Of a stretch of DNA of 64,000 bases, positions 40,087 through 49,592 are shown piece after piece. The notes beneath the pieces are model-generated. The model searched no databases. It worked only from the letters and a program-made list of their open reading frames with translations, and was not told the DNA's origin. The position numbers and the translations under genes were made by a program. The stretch's first letter is position 1; each line of letters begins with the position of its first letter. Location of the stretch: the IMG/VR virus record IMGVR_UViG_3300032753_001573, positions 64,001-128,000 of that record; one strand, 5' to 3'. Source of the stretch: a virus.

Positions 40087-40569
40087 ATGAATCTAAAAAT
40101 ATTTGGATTATCCAACAAAGTAAATCACAAGATGATACGTTGTGCATCCCATTATTATATTGATAAACTAATGACAGATCATTCTGATGTTAAAGTGAAT
40201 TTAAGGTTTATGAATGGACTTATTGATAAAATGAGTACCAAAGCACAAACCAAACAGAATCTGCATTCTTTTACTATCAACATTGACTGTGACATGGGCG
40301 TCAATCAAACTCTTAGATCTATTGCGCATGAAATGGTACATGTCAAACAATTTGCACAGAAGCAGTTGATATATCATGCTGATGACAATTTGGTATATTG
40401 GAGAGGTGACATTGTGTCGTGGAACCAGCAAGATTTAGAGGTCTATTATAATAGTCCATGGGAAGTTGAAGCAAACGGCAGAGAGATTGGACTATATGAG
40501 ATGTTCAAAATACACTGGAGAAAAATCAAACGCAAAGAACGTTTGAAAATTTCCAAAGCTAGCTGTTGA
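40087..40569 (+). CDS. Zn-metallopeptidase-like protein
   Basis: IAHEMVHVKQ and PWEVEA. Confidence 0.75.
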   Translation: MNLKIFGLSNKVNHKMIRCASHYYIDKLMTDHSDVKVNLRFMNGLIDKMSTKAQTKQNLHSFTINIDCDMGVNQTLRSIAHEMVHVKQFAQKQLIYHADDNLVYWRGDIVSWNQQDLEVYYNSPWEVEANGREIGLYEMFKIHWRKIKRKERLKISKASC

Positions 40570-40592
40570 CAAATACAAAATCAATGCTATAT
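40566..40592 (+). promoter_or_regulatory. Representative sigma70-type early promoter; similar sites at ~41280, 41542, 42061, 43247, 63052 and 63452
   Basis: TTGACA-N-TGCTATAT (extended -10) repeated upstream of small genes. Confidence 0.75.
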
Positions 40593-40622
40593 TAAATGTC
40601 ACGCAGCAATAGGGAGTTTATC

Positions 40623-41039
40623 ATGGGTTTGGATATGTATCTTGAAGGTCGCAAATATCTAACTTCAGACTGGGACGATCCTCAACAGGATGTTACCGAA
40701 GATGGATTTAGACTCAAAGAGAAGACCCTAGAACTTGGCTATTGGAGGAAGCATCCAAATTTACATGGATATATTGTGAATAATTTTGCTGATGGTGCAT
40801 ATAACTGTCAGCCAATTGTTCTAAATGAGCCAGATATCAAAGATATCATTCACGCTATCAAGTACGATAGTTTGCCGCACACTACTGGCTTTTTCTTTGG
40901 TACTAGTACTGCACTTGACAGTCCTTCATACGAAGAAGAAAAACAAGAAGATATTGAGATTTTTAACAAAGCTTTGAAATGGCTAGAAGTTGATGAACCC
41001 AAGACACATAAGAGTGTAATTTATCAAGCAAGTTGGTAA
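40623..41039 (+). CDS. Conserved phage early protein
   Basis: MGLDMYL, YWRKHPNLHGY, GFFFG, YQASW. Confidence 0.7.
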   Translation: MGLDMYLEGRKYLTSDWDDPQQDVTEDGFRLKEKTLELGYWRKHPNLHGYIVNNFADGAYNCQPIVLNEPDIKDIIHAIKYDSLPHTTGFFFGTSTALDSPSYEEEKQEDIEIFNKALKWLEVDEPKTHKSVIYQASW

Positions 41040-41046
41040 CAGGATA

Positions 41047-41205
41047 ATGTATACAGTATCAACTATATTGAAAACTATAGGAAGCGTTGTGCGCAATGTG
41101 TTCCTATATGGATTGTTTTGCGGGTTGATATTTCTAGTAGTTACGCATTATGCTAGAGAAGTATCTGTAATGTTGTTTATGCTGATGGCATTGTCTGTAC
41201 TGTGA
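41047..41205 (+). CDS. Small membrane protein (52 aa, not in ORF track)
   Basis: AGGA SD; two hydrophobic segments. Confidence 0.45.
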   Translation: MYTVSTILKTIGSVVRNVFLYGLFCGLIFLVVTHYAREVSVMLFMLMALSVL

Positions 41206-41337
41206 TCTTACATTTGATTAATGTACATTAATCTCGCGTATGTTATAAAAATACGCGAGATTTTGTTAAATTTTTTTGGTTGACATATCTTCTGCAGATG
41301 CTAATATCTAGCTTGAGGTTCGCAGGAGGACGTTAAT

Positions 41338-41538
41338 ATGTACAATGACAACCGTAATTTTGACCGTCAGTTCCGCTTGTTCAATATAATTTTCTGGACG
41401 TTTTTTGTTATTGTGGTTGTGGGAATTGGAACCATTTGGTATCTTACTATTAGCAATTTCCTTCATTATTCTCAGAATCCCGCCGAAATTGGGCATTTTA
41501 TGGGCGAAATTGTCAAGGGTTTCAATGACACAAAATAA
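41338..41538 (+). CDS. Small single-pass membrane protein
   Basis: Early promoter, AGGAGG SD, hydrophobic helix. Confidence 0.65.
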   Translation: MYNDNRNFDRQFRLFNIIFWTFFVIVVVGIGTIWYLTISNFLHYSQNPAEIGHFMGEIVKGFNDTK

Positions 41539-41596
41539 TGGTTGACCAAATATATTCAATGTGTTAATCATAGGCAAACGCAACGGAGACGCTACA

Positions 41597-41830
41597 GTGG
41601 TTACTCTCGATTACCTTCGTACGGAATTTCCAAGGCTCAAGATGGGTCAGGCAATCACAGGCCGTATTCCCATGTCGTACTTTGAAGCTAATGAAGCATA
41701 AATACGTCGCATTGCTAAGGATGCAGCCTTGAAAATCTTTTATCGAGGACCTCGCCGCAGCAATCGCAGCTTGGGTCGTCCTACCAATACACGCCGCTGC
41801 GATGCTGTGGCGGTTGTGCTCTCGGCTTAA
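41597..41830 (+). pseudogene. Early gene with an in-frame nonsense codon
   Basis: Promoter plus GGAG SD plus GTG; TAA at 41699-41701 interrupts a frame continuing IRRIAKDAALKIFYRGPRR...DAVAVVLSA. Confidence 0.6.
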
Positions 41831-41842
41831 GGAGTATCGCAA

Positions 41843-42055
41843 ATGTCTACAGATAATAACAGTTATCGCAGCAATATGGACTTTCCTGTTGAAGCCCTTG
41901 CTATTGCCATGTGGGGTGTTAGTAACAACGGACCTCGCGATCTAGAAGATCATGAGATTGTTGAGCGTGCTGCTCGAAAGATTGAAACTCTCAAGAAGAT
42001 GATTTTGGCAACTGGCTTCAGTGAAAAGATGCTCAATATCATCATGGAAGAATAA
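41843..42055 (+). CDS. Hypothetical early protein
   Basis: TAAGGAG SD. Confidence 0.65.
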   Translation: MSTDNNSYRSNMDFPVEALAIAMWGVSNNGPRDLEDHEIVERAARKIETLKKMILATGFSEKMLNIIMEE

Positions 42056-42118
42056 AATAGTTGACAGCACCCCATAAGGTGCTAGTGTGCAATATAACGA
42101 AACAAGGAGATACCCATC

Positions 42119-42286
42119 ATGTTGTATACCGTTTGGCTCGTTAATTTCAATACTGTTGTTTATGAGGGACCCGACCGTGATGCGGCTATGGCTGCTGCTA
42201 TTCGCACAGGTCTTGAATGTGCAATGGCCTTTGATAACAAGGTTATGAACTGGAGCCCCGTTGGTGGCTGGCGCTATCTTTGCTGA
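42119..42286 (+). CDS. Small early protein (55 aa, not in ORF track)
   Basis: Early promoter at 42061, AAGGAG SD; MLYTVWLVNF...WSPVGGWRYLC. Confidence 0.6.
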   Translation: MLYTVWLVNFNTVVYEGPDRDAAMAAAIRTGLECAMAFDNKVMNWSPVGGWRYLC

Positions 42287-42302
42287 ATTACAGGAGAATC
42301 AA

Positions 42303-42473
42303 GTGGATTATCGCACTACTGAAATTGAAACTGAGTTTGACGAACAGGGTAACTGTACATATCTAGTCATGTGTTTTGTTAGGGATCAGAGAGAGCCTGT
42401 TGATATTCAGCGATTCTCTGAGCTCGCAGATGCACGTAAGTTCACTCGCCGTTGGTGTAACGGTACTGTGTAA
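42303..42473 (+). CDS. Small early protein
   Basis: AGGAG SD and GTG start. Confidence 0.55.
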   Translation: MDYRTTEIETEFDEQGNCTYLVMCFVRDQREPVDIQRFSELADARKFTRRWCNGTV

Positions 42474-42501
42474 ATAGAAACATCAACTAGGAGAGAATTA
42501 T

Positions 42502-42764
42502 ATGACTGATCGCAAGACTGATGAAGAAGAACTAGTGCAGGATATGCCTATGAAGCTCTAGAAGAGGAATTTGGAGAGGGAGTTGACTCCTCCGTTGAAA
42601 AGTTGGTTATTCAGGCAAATGACTTTGAAGAACTCTATGCCAACTTGGTTAATGCTCTGGGATATGACCTAGCAAGTGCAGTATTTGAGCAGATATCTAG
42701 TGTACATGTGATTAATGGCAAACTTACAGAGTCTCCTGCCACTATTTACGATACTATCCACTAA
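42502..42764 (+). pseudogene. Frameshifted small acidic ORF
   Basis: AGGAG SD; MTDRKTDEEELV stops early while the -1 frame continues GYAYEALEEEFG...DTIH; span is 263 nt (3n+2). Confidence 0.5.
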
Positions 42765-42822
42765 GGATTTGCCGCCAAGGTGTAGCGTTAAATTAAAATC
42801 ATTATTTTGAGGAGAACCGTGT

Positions 42823-43233
42823 ATGTTTGGAAAATTGTTTGGATCTTCAACTTTTTTGCCGCCGATGCCTAAACCGGTTGAGTTGCCACGAATGCCAAAG
42901 GTAGGAGGCAATTGGAAGGAGGATTTTGTCAAAACTCCTTATTTTAGGACAGACTGGTCTATAGCTTCGATTATCTGTGTGATTAGGACTATGGGATTGC
43001 TAGACACCGAAATAGTACCAGACGAGTTCTTTTGGGAATGGGCCAGGCAGTATGAGTTTAGAAACGGTATTACAGAAGGTGACCGAGAACTTGCTAACAA
43101 AATAATGAGTGTATATTCAGCTTGGCATTTTATGAAGGCAGAAAAAATTGAACGTAAAGATCTAGCCGATAGGTTGGTGAAGTTTTGGAATCTCTGTCAG
43201 CAGTATATTATAGATAACGATATTATTTTGTGA
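42823..43233 (+). CDS. Hypothetical protein
   Basis: GAGGAG SD; 136 aa. Confidence 0.6.
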   Translation: MFGKLFGSSTFLPPMPKPVELPRMPKVGGNWKEDFVKTPYFRTDWSIASIICVIRTMGLLDTEIVPDEFFWEWARQYEFRNGITEGDRELANKIMSVYSAWHFMKAEKIERKDLADRLVKFWNLCQQYIIDNDIIL

Positions 43234-43303
43234 GTTAAAATAACTGTTGACACAGTTCACAAAGATGCTATAGTTGCGACATAGGGCAATAGAGGAGCTT
43301 AGC

Positions 43304-44026
43304 ATGTATTACAGATATGCTGCGTACAATAGCAAGTCTAGCCGTAAGAAGACTCAATCACAAGTCCCTGTTGTTGAATATCCTATTGCAGATGTTTTTG
43401 CCGCAGCCGCTGCTGCTCAGCGTGTCAATGGCGAGTATGTAAAAGAATCACGTATTGAATACCGCAAGGTTGGCAATAACGAAGAAGCTGTGCAGATCAC
43501 GCCCAACAAGATTCTTATTCGCAAATTCCTTTCAGATAGTGCTGATCAAATTACTGATGATGATCGAAATGAAGGCGCGGCAGTCCGCAGCTATTGGAAG
43601 CTCAAGATGTTTGCGCTTCTGCAGGGTAATGCATCTGACTATATTTCAAAAGCCGTTGAACTAGCTAGCAAAGAGACTATTGCAAGCAATGATGCACTTA
43701 GCCTTGCGCTGATATCCAGCTTGCCTGCTGGTTATATTCGAGGCATGGAACGCGATGTTCGCGACGAGGTTAAACAAGATGCAGTGTTACTGAGTGAGTA
43801 TCAAGGCCGAGAAGGCGATCGCATTAAAGGTCGAGTGCAGGTACTTGATTGCATTTACAGTCAAAAATGGCTATGCTATTATGTCACTGGCAAGATTGGT
43901 AACAATGTGTTCATGTGGGCGTCAAAGTCTGAGATCAATAGTGGCTCTGAATTTGAATTGCAGGGACGTGTTAAACGACACCGTGACAATAACATTACGC
44001 AACTAAATTATGTAAGACTTAAATGA
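43304..44026 (+). CDS. Early protein with C-terminal OB-fold-like domain
   Basis: Early promoter, GAGGAG SD; G.RVKRH...TQLNYV terminus. Confidence 0.6.
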   Translation: MYYRYAAYNSKSSRKKTQSQVPVVEYPIADVFAAAAAAQRVNGEYVKESRIEYRKVGNNEEAVQITPNKILIRKFLSDSADQITDDDRNEGAAVRSYWKLKMFALLQGNASDYISKAVELASKETIASNDALSLALISSLPAGYIRGMERDVRDEVKQDAVLLSEYQGREGDRIKGRVQVLDCIYSQKWLCYYVTGKIGNNVFMWASKSEINSGSEFELQGRVKRHRDNNITQLNYVRLK

Positions 44027-44073
44027 GAACGCTAATGTACAGACAACCAATGCTCAATCCAGGAGATGTATCA

Positions 44074-44265
44074 ATGAAAGAACTAATGGTAATTGTAGGC
44101 GCGATAGTAGTTTTAGCAGCTATTATTCTGTCGCCGTTAGCTGTTATTTGGTCCGTAAATACCCTGTTCAAAACTGGTATTGAATACACATTTGTCAATT
44201 GGTTAGCTATGCTGGTATTGCAAGGTGCATTGACTGTTAGGTACAGTAATTCATCTAAGAAGTAA
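44074..44265 (+). CDS. Small membrane protein
   Basis: AGGAG SD; hydrophobic IWSVNTLF pattern. Confidence 0.6.
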   Translation: MKELMVIVGAIVVLAAIILSPLAVIWSVNTLFKTGIEYTFVNWLAMLVLQGALTVRYSNSSKK

Positions 44266-44744
44266 TGGCACACCTAGCATTTGCTATGGAATGGTGGTAC
44301 ATAGGCCATCGCGCCCGCCTATGTACTACCATTGTTAACGCTACATCATCAGAGAAATCTGCCATCAAAAAATGGTGCCAAACGCACGGGTTGAAATTTA
44401 AAAATTCTAAATCTTGGCAGGATTATTTAGAATCTGTGTGGTGCGAGAAGTTTGGAATTAAGAACTCCGATGACATTTGGTATAGTCATAGTGAATTTCA
44501 AGCATATGGTAGCGACAGCAAGCTAATTGAGCTAGATAAGTTTTTGAAGACATTCCCAACCAGACCTTACGAATTAATAGTGTCTGGTATGTCTGAAAAA
44601 GAACTAAAGGCAATTTGCAAAGGCTCCAATCACAACATAATCAAAGACCTTGAAAAAGAAGGTAGGTTCTGCGTTAGCTTGAGCGATGTCAATACATTCA
44701 TATACCTAACATTGAAAGCTGACATTAGATACAATATAAGTTGA
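44265..44744 (+). CDS. Hypothetical protein
   Basis: Coupled ORF (TAATG). Confidence 0.55.
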   Translation: MAHLAFAMEWWYIGHRARLCTTIVNATSSEKSAIKKWCQTHGLKFKNSKSWQDYLESVWCEKFGIKNSDDIWYSHSEFQAYGSDSKLIELDKFLKTFPTRPYELIVSGMSEKELKAICKGSNHNIIKDLEKEGRFCVSLSDVNTFIYLTLKADIRYNIS

Positions 44745-44774
44745 CAGATACACAATACATCATATCATTATGAT

Positions 44775-45497
44775 ATGAGTAACCCTTCTGCATTAGTTGT
44801 CATACCAACTACAGGCGCACAACATCTATCTACTGCTATTGGTAGTGTACTAACCCAAACACACTCTAATGTAGAGTGTCTTGTGGTAATAGATGGTCCT
44901 GATTTTATTTCAGCAGCAAAGTCTATAACAGATCAGTTTCCTACAGTAAAGATCATGACGCTTCCTTGGAACACAGGGGCCAATGGTTTTTATGGGCACA
45001 GGATATATGCTGCTACCAGTTTCATCAATAATCATGACTATTGGCTAGCATTAGATCAAGACAACTATTTCAAACCAACACATGTTGAAGAACAAATCAG
45101 CAACTGTGAAAATAATCAGTTGGATTGGAGTTACAGCCTACGCAGCATCTATGATAAAGATGGCAATTATCTATTAGATGACAATTGCGAAAGTTTAGGT
45201 AAGTGGCCAATATTCTTAGGAGATCAGCATCATCTAGTTGATACCAGTTGTTATTGCATACGACGAGAAGTCTTAACTAGGATAGGCGGTGCATGGTATG
45301 GGGGTTGGGGCGGAGATCGTCAATTTTATGCCACCATAAGTCATTACTTCCCTAAATTCTCCACAACAGGGTTGCATAGTGTATGTTATAGATTAGACGG
45401 CAATCCCAATAGCGTAAATGCAGACTTCTTTGTCAAAGGCAATGCAGAGATGGCTAGAAAGTACGGAGGAATCTTCCCATGGATTGCGAAACATTAA
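44775..45497 (+). CDS. Glycosyltransferase family 2-like
   Basis: VVIPT, SVLTQT, VVIDG, LDQDN (DxD). Confidence 0.8.
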   Translation: MSNPSALVVIPTTGAQHLSTAIGSVLTQTHSNVECLVVIDGPDFISAAKSITDQFPTVKIMTLPWNTGANGFYGHRIYAATSFINNHDYWLALDQDNYFKPTHVEEQISNCENNQLDWSYSLRSIYDKDGNYLLDDNCESLGKWPIFLGDQHHLVDTSCYCIRREVLTRIGGAWYGGWGGDRQFYATISHYFPKFSTTGLHSVCYRLDGNPNSVNADFFVKGNAEMARKYGGIFPWIAKH

Positions 45498-45742
45498 CAG
45501 CCAAAATTAAAGAAGGTCACCTAGTAATAAACATAACCTATCGTCTAAGCTTTGACGACGATAGCAACTTAGTGTCAGCTGAACCAGAAGACAATTACAG
45601 ATATGTATGGAGCGATAGCATGGACGACTTCCTAGCTAACTGTTTTGGCGAATATAAAGTCAACGCAACAGAGTTTACACTGACGTTTAGTGACAGCCGC
45701 GACTACATGCGTTATTGTTTGGCTATTGATAGTGAGTACTAA
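45479..45742 (+). CDS. Hypothetical protein
   Basis: 87-aa ORF; F.D..D...Y.L C-terminal pattern. Confidence 0.5.
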   Translation: MDCETLTAKIKEGHLVINITYRLSFDDDSNLVSAEPEDNYRYVWSDSMDDFLANCFGEYKVNATEFTLTFSDSRDYMRYCLAIDSEY

Positions 45743-45768
45743 ATGCCGTCTTGGCGTTAAATAACATC

Positions 45769-46236
45769 ATGAAAGATTACATCAAATATTTTGCTTACGG
45801 CCACAATACCAACATTAGTGAATTCAAAAAGCGAGTACCCGGCGCTAGATTATTAGGTACCGGAACGCTGTTTGGGTGGAGACTGGAACTTAAACATTTT
45901 GCCAATATAGTGCGCGATGCTGATAGCAGTGTGCAAGGTGTTTTGTATAGCATGCTTCGTACACAACTAAAGAACTTAGATAAAGATGAAGATTATCACG
46001 ATCACTATGACAGAACTAGAGTAACAGTTGATGTAAGTGGCGAACGAGTATCAGCTATCACTTATGTTATGACAAATGATTACGAACATGCTCAATTACC
46101 AAACTCTAAAAAATTGCCAACTGCAAAATATATAAATTGGATTGCACAGGGATACCGAGAGAACCTTATCGGGCTAGCTCAGTTGATCACAGCATTAGAA
46201 GATAGAATTAACGATGCATACAACAAAAACTCATGA
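45769..46236 (+). CDS. Gamma-glutamylcyclotransferase / AIG2-like protein
   Basis: YFAYGHN, ANIV, V.GVLY, LDKDE, Y...I..G. Confidence 0.8.
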   Translation: MKDYIKYFAYGHNTNISEFKKRVPGARLLGTGTLFGWRLELKHFANIVRDADSSVQGVLYSMLRTQLKNLDKDEDYHDHYDRTRVTVDVSGERVSAITYVMTNDYEHAQLPNSKKLPTAKYINWIAQGYRENLIGLAQLITALEDRINDAYNKNS

Positions 46237-46483
46237 AAGGTCTGATTGGGGTTATTCAAAGACCTTTTCATCCTACGACGATGCTAATTCTATTGATAGA
46301 ATCGAACTTGGTTATATAGTTAAGTTACCAGATGCTGTTGTGAGACGCGCTCTAACAGAATGGTGCAAATCTAACTGCAAATCCAAATGGGGATGGTGGT
46401 TTGATGCTGACAATGGCTATATAGGATTTGAAAGTTTAGAAGAGAAGATGCAGTTCTGCCTCAGTACTGACTATATGAATTGA
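46214..46483 (+). CDS. Hypothetical protein
   Basis: WCKSNC..WGWWF...FE...MQFCL pattern. Confidence 0.55.
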   Translation: MHTTKTHERSDWGYSKTFSSYDDANSIDRIELGYIVKLPDAVVRRALTEWCKSNCKSKWGWWFDADNGYIGFESLEEKMQFCLSTDYMN

Positions 46484-46535
46484 CAAATTTATGCAGTAGT
46501 AGACATACTCTATTATAAAAATAGAGGATGAATCT

Positions 46536-46919
46536 ATGAATCACACAGAGATGGTAGCAGAGTTCCATAAGACCTATTCAGCATATATTAGCGATAGGCC
46601 ACAACTTCCTTCGCCAGAAGTTCGAGAATTGCGTTATAAGCTACTAAAGGAAGAATGGGAAGAATATGTAGAAGCTGAGTCCAATCATGATCTAGTGGAA
46701 ATAGCAGATGCACTTGGTGATATGCTGTACATTATACACGGAACTGCAGTAAGCTATGGTATACCTATCAATGAGATATTTGAAGAGATACATCGCAGCA
46801 ATATGAGCAAGTTGGGCGAAGACGGTAAGCCTATACGCAGAGAAGATGGCAAGGTTATGAAGGGGCCAAACTATTTTAAACCTGATATTGCTGGAATAAT
46901 TAACTCAGTTGAACGATAA
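46536..46919 (+). CDS. Nucleoside triphosphate pyrophosphohydrolase (MazG/PRA-PH-like)
   Basis: EEWEE, EIADALGD, EIHRSNMSK, REDGKVMKGPNY. Confidence 0.9.
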   Translation: MNHTEMVAEFHKTYSAYISDRPQLPSPEVRELRYKLLKEEWEEYVEAESNHDLVEIADALGDMLYIIHGTAVSYGIPINEIFEEIHRSNMSKLGEDGKPIRREDGKVMKGPNYFKPDIAGIINSVER

Positions 46920-47167
46920 TGGCTACCATAATATATTACCATGCGGTGTGCGAGCGCTGTATGGTAAAATGCGTTAAACATCACAAAGATAATGGCAACT
47001 GGGGTATGATATCTTGGTCTGAATGTCCAATATGCGGCAACGGAGATCCACAACTTGATACAGATGATTGTGGATTAACGGACGACGAGTTAGAGAGCAA
47101 TCGCAGGTTCTTGATGTTTATGAAAGGTCAAGATCCAGATGAAACAATAGGTGAAACATGGGATTAG
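46919..47167 (+). CDS. Small zinc-ribbon protein (paralog of next gene)
   Basis: CERC, CPIC, ELESNRRFLMFMKG. Confidence 0.6.
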   Translation: MATIIYYHAVCERCMVKCVKHHKDNGNWGMISWSECPICGNGDPQLDTDDCGLTDDELESNRRFLMFMKGQDPDETIGETWD

Positions 47168-47385
47168 GCCCGCCAGTTTGTACTAAATGTAAGGTTATTG
47201 GCGTTGTAACACCAAAAGATGATCCTCGATACGGTGCTACAGTGCCGTGGGGTGCAAGTTATTGGCATTGTCCAATTTGCGATACGCCAAAATTAGACAA
47301 TCATCTATGGGAGTATCCTCAAGAACAACAAGATGAGATTGAGGGCAATACACTATTTTTGAAATTTATGAAAGGTATAGAATGA
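47158..47385 (+). CDS. Small zinc-ribbon protein (paralog of previous gene)
   Basis: CTKC, CPIC, EIEGNTLFLKFMKG. Confidence 0.6.
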   Translation: MGLGPPVCTKCKVIGVVTPKDDPRYGATVPWGASYWHCPICDTPKLDNHLWEYPQEQQDEIEGNTLFLKFMKGIE

Positions 47386-48032
47386 ATATAATCCTATGCG
47401 TACCGGGTAAGCAATTTTCAGATAATTGGATACACAGTTGGAACGACACTATATCTGCTATCAGCAAGGCGGGGCACACATGGGGTTATAGCATGGCGTA
47501 TGATCCTGTTGTATATTATGCTCGTAACAGAGTGCTAGGTGGCAACAACACTGCAGGTAAATCGCAATATCCGTTTCAAGGTACAGCCAACTATGATTAC
47601 ATGATGTGGATAGATAGTGATATGGTATGGCGAGGAGAAGATGTACTGAAGTTAATCAACTTAGATAAGCCAATTGCGTCTGGTTGTTATGTTATGCAAA
47701 ACAACAACCAATATCCTATCGTAGAGACTTTAGATTATGATAAGTTAGCTACGCAAGGTACATTTGAATTTATGAGTCGATCTGATCTAGCTGCTAAAAC
47801 ATCGCCCTTCAAAGCTAGCTATGTTGGATTTGGATTTGTAGCTATCAAGAAGGGTGTTTTTGAAACTATGGAATATCCTTGGTTCCGTCCGCGATGGGTT
47901 GATTATAATAACTTCAGCGATTTCACTGCAGAGGATGTTGGATTCTGTTGGACAGCTCAAGAAAAAGGACATGCTATTTGGGTTGATCCTTCTGTTAAAG
48001 TAGGACATGAAAAGTTCATGGTATTGGGATGA
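47382..48032 (+). CDS. Glycosyltransferase (GT-A fold)
   Basis: WIDSD (DxD), GFGF, EDVGFC, VGHEK. Confidence 0.8.
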   Translation: MNIILCVPGKQFSDNWIHSWNDTISAISKAGHTWGYSMAYDPVVYYARNRVLGGNNTAGKSQYPFQGTANYDYMMWIDSDMVWRGEDVLKLINLDKPIASGCYVMQNNNQYPIVETLDYDKLATQGTFEFMSRSDLAAKTSPFKASYVGFGFVAIKKGVFETMEYPWFRPRWVDYNNFSDFTAEDVGFCWTAQEKGHAIWVDPSVKVGHEKFMVLG

Positions 48033-48313
48033 TCAAAACAGTAAACAGATTCTTTTCTCTGAGTTATAGCAGTGATAAAGTAGCATTTTACTTAGAGATG
48101 CTCAATTTTACTGTGAGTGTGATAGCTAGTATGTGGTTAGCTATTACAGCCAATCATCCTGACATGCGTATTATCTATCCCATCTACTTAGTAGGTAGTG
48201 TAGCGCAGACTTATGCTAGCTATCGACGACAGGCTATTTGGGTTATGATGCTTACAGCATACTTTAGCTTCACTAATATACTTGGTTTAGTTAGAGCATT
48301 AAATTGGCTATAA
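48029..48313 (+). CDS. Small multi-pass membrane protein
   Basis: Three hydrophobic helices. Confidence 0.65.
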   Translation: MIKTVNRFFSLSYSSDKVAFYLEMLNFTVSVIASMWLAITANHPDMRIIYPIYLVGSVAQTYASYRRQAIWVMMLTAYFSFTNILGLVRALNWL

Positions 48314-48352
48314 ATTTATAACTTTTAAAAATTATTCAAAGAGGAATATGCA

Positions 48353-48880
48353 ATGGCAGAAAAGATAATGATAATTAGGCATGGAGAAAAACCTGCCAAA
48401 CATCAAAAAGGCATACTGTCTACAGGTCAAAAAAGCCTAGACAGTCTTACAGTTCGAGGCTGGCAAAGAGCGGGAGCATTGGCACAGATATTTTCTCATT
48501 CCAACGGTGGTATAGAACCCCCAACTAAATTGTTTGCCTGTTATAAGTCGAAACATGCTCAACGAGCATTGGATACTATTACGCCATTGGGAGAATTGCT
48601 GGGCATACATGTTAACACAGATATACCAAGAGATTCTGAAAAAGAAATGGCTAGAGTTGCTATGAATTCAGAAGGTATTGTATTGATTGCATGGGAACAT
48701 AAATGCATACACAAGATAGCCAATCACATAGTTGATAAAAGGCACGTTCCGCAAAAATGGCCAAATGATAGATTTGATATGATATATGTTTTTGATCGCC
48801 AATTAAACGGCGAATATGTTTTCTATCAAGTGCCTCAACTAGCACTCAAAGGTGACTCATCAACGATATTCAAAATATGA
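48353..48880 (+). CDS. Histidine phosphatase (phosphoglycerate mutase family)
   Basis: IIRHGEK, RGWQRA, R..DT, WEH. Confidence 0.85.
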   Translation: MAEKIMIIRHGEKPAKHQKGILSTGQKSLDSLTVRGWQRAGALAQIFSHSNGGIEPPTKLFACYKSKHAQRALDTITPLGELLGIHVNTDIPRDSEKEMARVAMNSEGIVLIAWEHKCIHKIANHIVDKRHVPQKWPNDRFDMIYVFDRQLNGEYVFYQVPQLALKGDSSTIFKI

Positions 48881-48944
48881 TATCGTTGATGCAAGTCCCG
48901 TAGGTTACAAACTCCCACTCTTCTACTGTGTAAATTGCCATGTG

Positions 48945-49109
48945 TTATCTCCAATTTAGCTGATGGTGTCTTTCCCATTCTCTCTCTAGTGCTTCTAAAT
49001 GTACTCTGTCTTGTGCCTGAGATAGGAATTCATACATAGCCTTCTGATGGCGTTCTATCTTTGCTTCTGTACTGAAATGGTACAAAATCTTCTTAATCCA
49101 TGAAATCAT
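48945..49109 (-). CDS. Small protein (54 aa, DUF3563-like; not in ORF track)
   Basis: AAGGAG SD; MISWIKK...FLSQAQDRVHLEALEREWER. Confidence 0.6.
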   Translation of the reverse strand: MISWIKKILYHFSTEAKIERHQKAMYEFLSQAQDRVHLEALEREWERHHQLNWR

Positions 49110-49165
49110 TTCATAGTCTCCTTTGTGTTAGGGCTGCAATTTTTATGCAGCCCTTTGAGTAATAA

Positions 49166-49459
49166 TTACTTGTTCCAGTTGTTAACAGAACCGGCCCAAT
49201 TTGCCCAAGTCTTAGCAACTGTGTCGTTTAGCTGGCGAACCTGCTCAGCAAAGTTTGATAAACCATACTGCTTGGCTATCTTGGTGTTTGCCTCAGTTAC
49301 AGCTTCTCCAAAGCTTACAAAATCCTTCAAAGTCTTGCTGCTAGCCTCTGTGAGGTTATAGGTTAGCTTGCGATTGAACTCGGTAGCGGCTTCGCCAATT
49401 GCCTTGAGATTGAAGACATCTTCCTGTGTCTCTGTTGTGGTATCTGTAGTCTTGGTCAT
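49166..49459 (-). CDS. Helical protein, possibly phasin-like
   Basis: GAGGAG SD, late motif upstream, amphipathic Ala/Thr-rich helices; hairpin terminator 49130-49155. Confidence 0.45.
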   Translation of the reverse strand: MTKTTDTTTETQEDVFNLKAIGEAATEFNRKLTYNLTEASSKTLKDFVSFGEAVTEANTKIAKQYGLSNFAEQVRQLNDTVAKTWANWAGSVNNWNK

Positions 49460-49592
49460 GTTAAGTCTCCTCGATAATTGAGCAGTGGGTTCTTCCCACG
49501 CTTATAGTGTATGGTATTTATTGTTGCAGTGCAACATAAATTGTGCATCGCACATGCATTGACAGCATACCAGGTGTGTTGTAATATGTGTT

